The position numbers and the translations under genes were made by a program. DNA of 64,000 nucleotides from Clostridiales bacterium (GTDB lineage: Bacteria; Bacillota; Clostridia; Lachnospirales; Lachnospiraceae): the NCBI GenBank assembly GCA_029338615.1, contig JAQYAS010000115.1, forward strand, positions 5,640 through 69,639, in the 5' to 3' direction. The notes beneath the pieces were generated by a model. That model had not been told where the DNA came from. It was given only the letters and a program-made list of their open reading frames with translations, and ran no database searches. Positions 38,749 to 47,800 of the stretch are shown piece after piece (within the stretch, counting starts at the first letter, position 1; every line of letters begins with the position of its first letter).

Positions 38749-40377
38749 TTACTGCTCTACTGTACTCAATACGGCTCCATTGTAGTAATGGCTTATAATC
38801 TCCCCACATGTATATCCACGTTTTGCCAGCTCATTTGCTCCATTCTGGCTCATTCCTACTCCATGTCCATATCCACCACCCTTAAGCGTATACAGCCCGG
38901 AATCATTATCCTTCTTTACATAATAAAAATTACTTGGAACGCCTGTCCACCCTGTAAGTTCAGAGCCATCCTGTTCAGTGATCACTTTGCCATCAGTTGC
39001 AAACAATACCCTGATGTTGCTCTGTCCACTCACAACAACAGTGCCATCACTTCCTGTAATAGTTACTTCTTTTACAAGTCCGCTGTCATCTCTGGATGAT
39101 ACTTCTATTTTCTTAATCTTGCCAACTGAAGTTGCCGATACACCTGAACATCTCGCCAGCCCATTTTCAATAGCAGATCTCATTTCATCCTCTGTATATG
39201 TGACAGTCCATCTATACATTGGCAGGTCTCTCTCCACCACATCAGTGTCAGTCTTTCCATCCATGAAATCTCTGAATGCTGCCTCATCGCTGAAATACGG
39301 AACATCAAGCGATGTATTCTGTATACGAGTGCATGTATAAGGCATATATCCTCCCCACACCTGATCGCTGGTTGTGGTTGTTCCGCATGATGTGGAGAAA
39401 TACACAGCATTTATGATCTCTCCGTCATAGGTAGGAACTATTCCCACTGTCTCCTGGACTGCAGCAATAGAATTGTCTGTTTCAGGGGAATTGTTGTATA
39501 CCTGACAAGCCGTTGTATCATCAAGGTCTGCGTTATAACCTCTGTAGTTGCTGCCAAGCTTTCTATATGCAAATCCCCTTGCACATATGGCCTGTGCCTT
39601 CAATGCCTCTTTGCTGTAGCTTGACGAAACCTCACTGGACACCACCGCACACAGATAGTCCTCTATACCAACCTGATTGACTATCATATACCCTGATGAG
39701 TCCCTGCTTATATCAAGCACTCCGTGATAACTCGGTGTCCCACCTGATTTACTCAGGCTGGAAACAGTTATACGTCCATCTGCTGAATCAGGCTGCACAA
39801 TTATACTTGATGCCTTACTGTCGCTTCCATATGATACCAGCTCGTCAGCATTGTATTTTTTAATTTTTCCATCTGTGTTTACCGAAAATCCCGTATTACA
39901 GGTAAACTCAACATAACTCTGGTAGTAATCTCCGCCATTTGTGAGTATAACCCTTATACTATTCTTCATTCCCGACAGGACAACTGAAGCCCCTCCGTTT
40001 CCACTCACACCGCTGGTTCTGTCTGCCCTTGATGTAGTTGTTGTATCTTTCTTGGGCTTTTCAGCCTCCACTATGCCTGCGCCCTGTATCGTATAATCAT
40101 ACTCCTGAACATTCCCATTCTTATCTCCATCATTCTCAGTATATTGCCTGAGATCAGCAGTCACATCATCCGGAGCATCTATAACTATAGTCTCCGTCAA
40201 TTCACCAACCGATGACTCACCAACCTGACCAGACGTATTTTCTCCTATCTTATTATGTCCGGTGATCATGAAGTAGCCAACAACAAATATCAGTATTACT
40301 GTTATAGAACTAACCATTCGAAAATTCTTGTTGTATTTTATCTTCTGATACCATTTTTTACGCTGATCGATACGCAT
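38749..40377 (-). CDS. SpoIID/LytB domain protein (cell-wall hydrolase family), membrane-anchored
   Basis: EDYLCAVVSSE, EALKAQAICARG, CQVY, YFSTSCG, GGGYGHGVGMSQNGA. Confidence 0.92.
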   Translation of the reverse strand: MRIDQRKKWYQKIKYNKNFRMVSSITVILIFVVGYFMITGHNKIGENTSGQVGESSVGELTETIVIDAPDDVTADLRQYTENDGDKNGNVQEYDYTIQGAGIVEAEKPKKDTTTTSRADRTSGVSGNGGASVVLSGMKNSIRVILTNGGDYYQSYVEFTCNTGFSVNTDGKIKKYNADELVSYGSDSKASSIIVQPDSADGRITVSSLSKSGGTPSYHGVLDISRDSSGYMIVNQVGIEDYLCAVVSSEVSSSYSKEALKAQAICARGFAYRKLGSNYRGYNADLDDTTACQVYNNSPETDNSIAAVQETVGIVPTYDGEIINAVYFSTSCGTTTTSDQVWGGYMPYTCTRIQNTSLDVPYFSDEAAFRDFMDGKTDTDVVERDLPMYRWTVTYTEDEMRSAIENGLARCSGVSATSVGKIKKIEVSSRDDSGLVKEVTITGSDGTVVVSGQSNIRVLFATDGKVITEQDGSELTGWTGVPSNFYYVKKDNDSGLYTLKGGGYGHGVGMSQNGANELAKRGYTCGEIISHYYNGAVLSTVEQ

Positions 40378-40444
40378 ATCTCATTCTCCAATCCACCAAT
40401 TTATGTATTAATCCTATATACATCATTGTATTTGTCCTTATACA

Positions 40445-40476
40445 CAGAGAAAAAGCAGCATATACATGCTGCTTCT
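40445..40476 (-). terminator. terminator downstream of the 6S-like RNA
   Basis: AAGCAGCA-TGTATA-TGCTGCTT followed by TTTCTC on the minus strand. Confidence 0.75.
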
Positions 40477-40489
40477 TTGTCTTTTGTAA

Positions 40490-40668
40490 AAACTGAAATG
40501 CGCCCTTGCTTTTGAGTCCTAGCAGAGCTAGGTGGGCAACCGCAACTGTATATCAACCTTCCACTAGAACTTATATAACGAGGCTTGGCATCAACACAAT
40601 GATGTAGGAATCCCTTTTATTCAAATGTAGGTTCAAAATCACAAGAGACTTAATACATCTCAGCTTGT
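40490..40668 (-). ncRNA. ssrS: 6S RNA (probable)
   Basis: ~180-nt ORF-free rod: CTGAGATG / CATTTCAG and TTTTGAACCTA / TAGGACTCAAAA closing stems; internal GCCAAGCCTCG, GGAAGG and GCCCACCT blocks like clostridial 6S RNAs (from memory); own promoter and terminator. Confidence 0.75.
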
Positions 40669-40674
40669 GAACCT

Positions 40675-40703
40675 ATTATACATTACCTTTACATTACATG
40701 CAA
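40675..40703 (-). promoter_or_regulatory. sigmaA promoter of the 6S-like RNA
   Basis: TTGCAT-17-TATAAT. Confidence 0.75.
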
Positions 40704-40832
40704 GCAAAAACTCCCATTGTATATGAGTCTTGAAAACCCCTGTCTACATGTGTTAAAATGTGTCCGTCTGTATAGATACCCATTCTGATACAGGCTAATT
40801 TTTTCTAAATTAATCATAAAGGCGGTGACTAT

Positions 40833-41432
40833 ATGAATGGAGCAACCTTACAACTTACGTTTGGTATTATGTTGGGTATATTTTTGCTCATCCTAATAAT
40901 ACTTACTGTGGTATATATCAGACGCCGTATTGCCGAAAGCCGGATAAAGGCATCTGCCGACCTCGACAGATGGCAAGAGGAAACCATTCTCGAAGAGCAC
41001 AGTCAAAGCAAGGGCTACTGGATCAACAGAAATGACATAGAGGATGAGGATCAGGCTCATAAACTCCGATATTATCATTATTTTGATAATATCGACGAGT
41101 GCATAAATGATCTGATCATTGAAATGTATGACTGTGGTTTCGTAAGAACAGAAGATATATTTGTGGCAGCTTATGGAGAGGAGGCCCTGACTCCTGATTC
41201 GTTTATCTATATGACAGATAACGACTGCGATCTTGAAAAGGCCAAAGCTGCTCTGCCACCAGTCAGCGAAAAACAACAAAAGATAATCTATGACTTATGG
41301 TGTTCATATGTGGACGAACTGCTTGATACTGTGGAGATCCACACAAATGATTCCAATAAAGCCATTATAAAGGACGCACTCATGGTATATGGAAGAAAGA
41401 AAATCTCCATACTGCTTCGCAGCCCTGAATAA
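40833..41432 (+). CDS. hypothetical single-pass membrane protein
   Basis: 199-aa ORF, AAGGCGG RBS, N-terminal TM followed by RRR, acidic soluble domain. Confidence 0.8.
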   Translation: MNGATLQLTFGIMLGIFLLILIILTVVYIRRRIAESRIKASADLDRWQEETILEEHSQSKGYWINRNDIEDEDQAHKLRYYHYFDNIDECINDLIIEMYDCGFVRTEDIFVAAYGEEALTPDSFIYMTDNDCDLEKAKAALPPVSEKQQKIIYDLWCSYVDELLDTVEIHTNDSNKAIIKDALMVYGRKKISILLRSPE

Positions 41433-41449
41433 GAATAAGGAGTTTTATT

Positions 41450-42679
41450 ATGAAAGACAATTGTATTGTAGCTCAGTCAGGAGGACCTACCGTGGCGATC
41501 AACGCTTCGCTGGCAGGTGTTATAGACGGGGTAAAAAAAAGTAACAAATTCACTCGTGTTTATGGAGCAATCCATGGGATTCAGGGAGTTCTGGATAACA
41601 ATTTCATCGACCTCTCACTCATGGCTCTTTCAAAGTTTCCTCTTGTGAACACTCTTGAGCTCTCACCAGCTATGTATCTGGGATCATGCAGATATAAACT
41701 TCCTGATTTTGAAGTTGATTCCAAACCATATGAGATAATCTTTGACAGGTTTGAGGAATATCAGGTTGCTTCTTTCTTCTATATCGGTGGCAATGATTCC
41801 ATGGATACAGTAGACAAACTCAGCAAATACGCCAAGAAGATCGGTTCAGATGTAAAGATCATCGGTATACCTAAAACTATAGACAACGATCTCTGCCATA
41901 CAGATCACACTCCGGGATTTGGTTCAGCAGCCAAGTATGTTGCTTCTACCATGCTGGAGATTGCACACGACACATACATTTACCAGATACCAAGCGTTGT
42001 TATCGTAGAGATTATGGGCCGTGATGCCGGATGGCTCACCGCAGCTTCATGTCTGGCAAGAAATGACTACAGTCCTGCACCTCATCTCATCTACCTTCCA
42101 GAAGTTGATTTTGATGAGGATCAGTTTATAGAGGATATCAAAAAGGTATTAAAAACATCCAGATGTGTCATAGTTGCCGTATCTGAAGGCATCCACGACA
42201 AGGATGGCAATTATATCAGTGCAACATCTGCTGTCGCAGATAAATTTGGACATGCTCAGCTCAGCGGAACCGGCAAGGCTCTTGAAAGTCTTGTCAAGGA
42301 CAGGCTGGACATAAAGGTACGTTCTATAGAACTCAACGTTCTCCAGAGATGTGCGGCTCATATTTCTTCAAGGACTGACATTAATGAATCATTTGCGCTT
42401 GGTCAGGCTGCTGTCAAGTATGCCGCAGAAGGTATGACTGCTGTTATGTCAACTATTAAGAGAGTGTCCAACGATCCATATCAGTGGATCATTGAACCTG
42501 AAAATGTGTCACTTATCGCAAATCAGGCCAAGTCAATTCCTCTTGAGTGGATCACTCCTGAAAAGAATGATGTAACACCCGAGATGGAGGCCTATCTCAG
42601 ACCTCTTATTATCGGCGAGGTCTCACTCCAGTACAAGGACGGACTGCCTATGTATCTGCCGGTGAACCATTTGCTTTAA
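41450..42679 (+). CDS. pfp: 6-phosphofructokinase, PPi-dependent type
   Basis: QSGGPT, GGNDSMDT (Asp in place of the ATP-type Gly), PKTIDND, EIMGR. Confidence 0.88.
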   Translation: MKDNCIVAQSGGPTVAINASLAGVIDGVKKSNKFTRVYGAIHGIQGVLDNNFIDLSLMALSKFPLVNTLELSPAMYLGSCRYKLPDFEVDSKPYEIIFDRFEEYQVASFFYIGGNDSMDTVDKLSKYAKKIGSDVKIIGIPKTIDNDLCHTDHTPGFGSAAKYVASTMLEIAHDTYIYQIPSVVIVEIMGRDAGWLTAASCLARNDYSPAPHLIYLPEVDFDEDQFIEDIKKVLKTSRCVIVAVSEGIHDKDGNYISATSAVADKFGHAQLSGTGKALESLVKDRLDIKVRSIELNVLQRCAAHISSRTDINESFALGQAAVKYAAEGMTAVMSTIKRVSNDPYQWIIEPENVSLIANQAKSIPLEWITPEKNDVTPEMEAYLRPLIIGEVSLQYKDGLPMYLPVNHLL

Positions 42680-42724
42680 GAGTCGAGGACGGCTGGATAT
42701 CTCTTGACGGACGCCCATTGAAAC

Positions 42725-42894
42725 AAAAAGATGTATATATACCCATCAATCACGTTTGACTACCTTCAGTTTGGCTTGTTTCTATATGCATTCGGCTACG
42801 AGCACGATAAGAACGTTGTGCTCTCCGCCTCAGCAAGAAACGCCAAACCTCAGTCGTCTGCTCTATCGATTGCGGGGTATATATACATCTTTTT
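42725..42894. repeat. ~170-bp inverted-repeat (MITE/REP-like) element between convergent pfp and gltD
   Basis: Perfect 20-bp terminal arms AAAAAGATGTATATATACCC / GGGTATATATACATCTTTTT, with nested TTTGGC/GCCAAA, GTTTCT/AGAAAC and GAGCAC/GTGCTC stems. Confidence 0.7.
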
Positions 42895-43109
42895 TTCTGT
42901 GCAGGTGGCTGACTGTGTTGTCGGTATCTGCCGAGCATGTTATCATCTGAAAGTTTTCTTTTTGTCATATAGTTCATCCTGTATATAGTAACTAGTCATA
43001 CAGCAAAATAAATACAATTTTTCTCCCTTTTTATGATAATAATTTGAAAATAGCTCAAATCGCTGAATTGATTGTAGCTTTTATAGTATTTTCTAGTCAC
43101 ATAGATAAA

Positions 43110-43156
43110 AAAATTATCCCTAATACCTCAATCAATGTGGTATTAGGGATAATTTT
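43110..43156 (-). terminator. terminator after gltD
   Basis: 18-bp arms AAAATTATCCCTAATACC / GGTATTAGGGATAATTTT. Confidence 0.85.
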
Positions 43157-43240
43157 AAATTTACTTTATGCTTAATAAGCTAGCATAACATATTTATCAT
43201 AGCTGATACATTTGCAGTCAATATTCTGATTATCCATACT

Positions 43241-44806
43241 CTACTGCAGATTTGTATATCCAAGCAGCAGCTCTTCTACTGCCATGGCTGCCTCGCGGCC
43301 TTCTCTGATGGCCCATACGACCAGTGACTGGCCTCTGTGCATATCTCCGGCTACGAATACCTTTGGCACATTTGTTGTATATGAGTTCGGACATGGAGTC
43401 TTGACATTTGTTCTCTCGTTGAGTTCTACGCCAAAGCTCTCTGCCACATATGTCTGGCATCCGAGGAAACCTGCTGCGATGAGTACCACATCACAGTCAA
43501 CGATGTACTCACTGCCCTCTATCTCTGTCATGACCATTCTTCCAGTCTCTGGATTCTTCTTCCAGTCAAGCTTCACGCACTTGGCTGCCTTGACATTTCC
43601 GTCCTTGTCCTTGATAAATTCCTTGACTGTAGTCTCATATATTCTAGGATCATGTCCGTATACTGCTATAGCCTCCTGCTGACCGTAATCTGTCTTGCAG
43701 ATCTTCGGCCACTCCGGCCATGGATTGTCTGGAGTTCTTGTATCAGGTGCCTTTGGCATCATTTCAAGCTGTGTCACGCTGACAGCACCCTCGCGGACTG
43801 CTGTTCCCACACAGTCGTTTCCTGTATCACCGCCACCTATTACGAGGACATTCTTACCCTTGCAGTTCACAAACTGCTTATCTACAAAACCTGAATTTAC
43901 AAGACTCATAGTCGTGGTCTTGAGGAAATCAACAGCGAAGTAGATCCCCTTTGCGTCCCTTCCAGGTGCTTTGATATCTCTTGGATTTGCTGCACCACAT
44001 GCTAGAACAACTGCGTCATATTCCTTGAGCAGCTCCTCAGCCTTCACGTACTTGAGGTTCTTGTTCTTCAGATAGCCTGTCATCTGGTCATCCTTCGGGC
44101 ATACAGCCTTTGCAGATGCCTTTCCTGTTGCAACCTCCGTGTTCAGGACGAACTTTATTCCTCTCTTCTTCATGACATCTATTCTTCTGTCTATGATCTG
44201 TTTCTCAAGTTTCATGTTTGGAATACCATACATGAGAAGTCCGCCCGGTCTGTCACTTCTCTCATACACAGTCACGTCATGGCCTCTGCCTATCAGCTGA
44301 TCTGCCACTGCAAGTCCCGAAGGACCTGAACCTATGACTGCCACTTTTTTGCCGGAATGAACCTTTGGCTGATCATCATTTACGAGATCATTTGCAAATG
44401 CATATTCTATGATAGCCCTCTCATTCTCACGGACCGACACAGGATCGCCATTCAAGTTACAGGTACATGCCTTCTCACAGAGAGCCGGACACACACGGCT
44501 TGTAAACTCTGGGAAACAGTTGGTCTTACTGAGTCTTGCAAATGCCTGCTCAAGATTATCGTTGTAGAGCATATCATTCCACTCAGGAATCAGGTTGTTC
44601 AGAGGACATCCCGATGTCATACCACATATATTCAAACCCGCCTGGCAAAATGGAACGCCACAGTCCATACATCTTGCAGCCTGCTTTCTCTGCTCATCAC
44701 GGCTAAGCGGAGTGTGGAATTCGTTAAAGTTCTTGATTCTATCCTTAGGAGCAAGCTCTGCGCTTGTCTTTCTCTCATATTCTAAAAATCCAGTTGGTTT
44801 TCCCAT
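43241..44806 (-). CDS. gltD: glutamate synthase small subunit
   Basis: MGKPTGFLEY, ARCMDCGVPFC, CPLNNLIP, GSGPSG, IGGGDTGNDC, GDMHRGQSLVVWA. Confidence 0.97.
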   Translation of the reverse strand: MGKPTGFLEYERKTSAELAPKDRIKNFNEFHTPLSRDEQRKQAARCMDCGVPFCQAGLNICGMTSGCPLNNLIPEWNDMLYNDNLEQAFARLSKTNCFPEFTSRVCPALCEKACTCNLNGDPVSVRENERAIIEYAFANDLVNDDQPKVHSGKKVAVIGSGPSGLAVADQLIGRGHDVTVYERSDRPGGLLMYGIPNMKLEKQIIDRRIDVMKKRGIKFVLNTEVATGKASAKAVCPKDDQMTGYLKNKNLKYVKAEELLKEYDAVVLACGAANPRDIKAPGRDAKGIYFAVDFLKTTTMSLVNSGFVDKQFVNCKGKNVLVIGGGDTGNDCVGTAVREGAVSVTQLEMMPKAPDTRTPDNPWPEWPKICKTDYGQQEAIAVYGHDPRIYETTVKEFIKDKDGNVKAAKCVKLDWKKNPETGRMVMTEIEGSEYIVDCDVVLIAAGFLGCQTYVAESFGVELNERTNVKTPCPNSYTTNVPKVFVAGDMHRGQSLVVWAIREGREAAMAVEELLLGYTNLQ

Positions 44807-44809
44807 TCC

Positions 44810-47800
44810 TTACTTACCTCCATTCTTAACCTTGTAGAATGCTTCGATAGCTGCCTTCTCACGGCTCAAGCCCTTCTCCTCAAATGCAACTATCATATTC
44901 ATCATCTTCTTGTAATCCTTTGGTATGATCTTCTTAAACTTTGGAAGATATCCCTCAAAATCCTCAAGGATTCTCTTACCTATCTCTGAATTGGTATAGT
45001 TTACATGATCCATGATGAGCTGCTTAAGTTCACTCACCTCGTACTTATCCGTAACAGCCTCTATTGATATCATCTCTTTGTTCAGTCTCTTGTACAGATC
45101 GTTACCCATATCAAGAACATATGCGACACCGCCGCTCATTCCGGCTGCAAAGTTCTTGCCTGTTGTTCCAAGAACTACGACCTTACCGCCTGTCATGTAT
45201 TCACATCCGTGATCTCCAACACCCTCAACGACCGCTGTGGCACCTGAGTTACGAACCGCAAATCTTTCACCGGCAACACCGTTGATGAACGCCTTACCAC
45301 TTGTCGCGCCGTACAATGCTACATTTCCTATGATGATATTATCCTCATGCTTAAACTTAACTGAACGTGGAGGATAAACAATCAGCTTACCACCTGACAG
45401 TCCCTTTCCAAAGTAATCGTTGCTGTCGCCAACGAGTTCAAGTGTAAGACCCTTAGGAATAAAAGCGCCAAAGCTCTGTCCACCGGCACCATTACATTTG
45501 ACGATGTATGTGTCCTCCTCAAGGGACTCACCATACTTCTTGGTTATCTCTGATCCGAATATTGTTCCAACAGATCTATCCGTATTGACCACATCAAGTT
45601 CGACGCTCTTCTTCTGTCCCTTCTCAAGTGCAGGTCCAAGCTTCTTCATGAGTATCCTCATATCTACTGTCTTATCAAGCTGGAAGTCATAGACATTCTT
45701 CTCATGGTACTTAACCTTGTTCTGTGGCATATCTATATAAGGATTGTTGATTATCTTATCAAGGATGACATTTCTCTCATCTGCTCTGTCGCTGCTCGTG
45801 AGAAGATCTGAACGTCCAACCAGCTCATCGACTGTTCTGACGCCGAGCTTACTCATGTACTCACGAAGTTCCTCTGCTATAAACAGCATAAAGTTCTTCA
45901 CATACTCCGGCTTACCCCTGAACCTCTTTCTGAGCTCAGGATTCTGTGTTGCAATACCGACAGGACATGTATCAAGGTTACATACCCTCATCATGACACA
46001 ACCCATTGTTACAAGCGGTGCTGTTGCAAATCCAAACTCCTCTGCACCGAGCATTGCAGCTATGGCAACGTCACGACCTGTCATAAGCTTACCATCAGCC
46101 TCAAGGATAACTTTATTTCTGAGGTCGTTCATGATAAGTGTCTGATGTGTCTCCGCAAGTCCGAGCTCCCAAGGAAGGCCTGCATAATGAATGGAGTTAT
46201 TAGGTGCTGCTCCTGTTCCTCCGTCGTAACCTGAGATCAGGATAACCTGTGCTCCAGCCTTTGCCACACCTGCTGCTACTGTACCAACTCCAGCCTCTGA
46301 AACAAGCTTTACAGATATTCTCGCATCACGGTTTGCATTCTTACAGTCGTAGATGAGCTGTGCAAGATCCTCTATCGAATAGATATCGTGATGTGGTGGT
46401 GGAGATATAAGGCTTACACCCGGTGTTGAAAGTCTTGTCTTTGCGATCCAAGGATATACCTTTCCTCCAGGAAGATGTCCGCCCTCACCAGGCTTTGCTC
46501 CCTGTGCCATCTTGATCTGTATCTCCTTTGCACTTACAAGATATCTTGAGGTTACTCCGAATCTTCCCGATGCTACCTGCTTGATGGCTGAGCATCTGTT
46601 CTTGCCATCCTTGCCGATCGTAAGTCTCTCTATTGACTCACCGCCCTCTCCTGAATTGGACTTGCCGCCCAGCTCGTTCATTGCGATAGCCATACACTCA
46701 TGTGCCTCTTGTGATATACTTCCGTAACTCATGGCACCGGTCTTGAATCTCTTGACAATCTCACTTGCAGGCTCGACCTCATCGAGTGGAACCGGCTTGT
46801 CAGCGAACTTGAAGTCCATGAGTCCTCTCAGGTGGAATGGCTTCTGCTCATCATGAAGCGCTGCTGTATACTGCTTAAACAGCTTGTAGTCGCCTCGTCT
46901 CGTAGCCTCCTGAAGGAGATGAATTGTAACAGGATTGTACAGATGCTCCTCCTTGCCGCTTCTGAACTTATGTGCACCGATGCTTGTGAGGGCAAGGTTT
47001 GTATTAAGTCCAAGCGGATCAAATGCTGATGAGTGAAGATCATCAACGGTCTTCTCAAGTTCCTTTATACCAGAACCGCCGACACGGCTTACTGTATTTG
47101 TAAAATATCTGTCCACAACATCCTTTGAAAGACCAATACACTCAAATATCTGTGAACCCATATATGACTGGATCGTTGAGACACCCATCTTGGATGCGAT
47201 CTTTACTATTCCGTGACATATTGCACTGTTGTAATCATCGACAGCCGCATTAAAATCCTTGTTCAGCAAATGTGAATCTACCATTTGCTTGATAGTCTCT
47301 ATTGCAAGATATGGATTGACTGCACATGCACCATATCCGAGAAGTGTTGCAAAGTGATGAACATTTCTTGGATCAGCACTCTCAAGGATGATCGCAACCG
47401 CGGTTCTCTTCTTGGTTCGTACCAGATGCTTCTGCATAGCCGATACGGCAAGGAGTGATGGGATAGCCACATGATTCTCATCCACGCCCCTGTCTGAGAG
47501 GATCAATATATTTACACCATCCCTGTAGAGCTTGTCAGCTTCAATGAACAGTCTGTCGAGAGCCTTCTCCATTGATGTGTTCTTATAATAAAGAATAGGA
47601 AGTGTTGCCACCTTAAGGCCAGGAACATTCATATTCTTGATCTTCAGAAGATCTGTGTTTGTCAGTATTGGATGGTTGATCTTCAGCACGTGACAATTCT
47701 CCGGTTTCTCCTCAAGGATATTACCATCCTTTCCGAGATATACCGATGTAGATGTGACAACTTCCTCTCTGATCGCATCGATTGGAGGGTTTGTAACCTG

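Noticed and set aside
40682-40698. One-mismatch WalR-like box (TGTAAT-GTAAA-GGTAAT, minus strand) in the 6S promoter spacer
   Set aside because: Single-mismatch hits are expected in AT-rich spacers and there is no independent support.
42731-42988. Short ORFs over the inverted-repeat element (e.g. 42750-42977 minus)
   Set aside because: They read through a palindromic element and show no recognisable domain; a weak AGGA before an ATG is not enough support.
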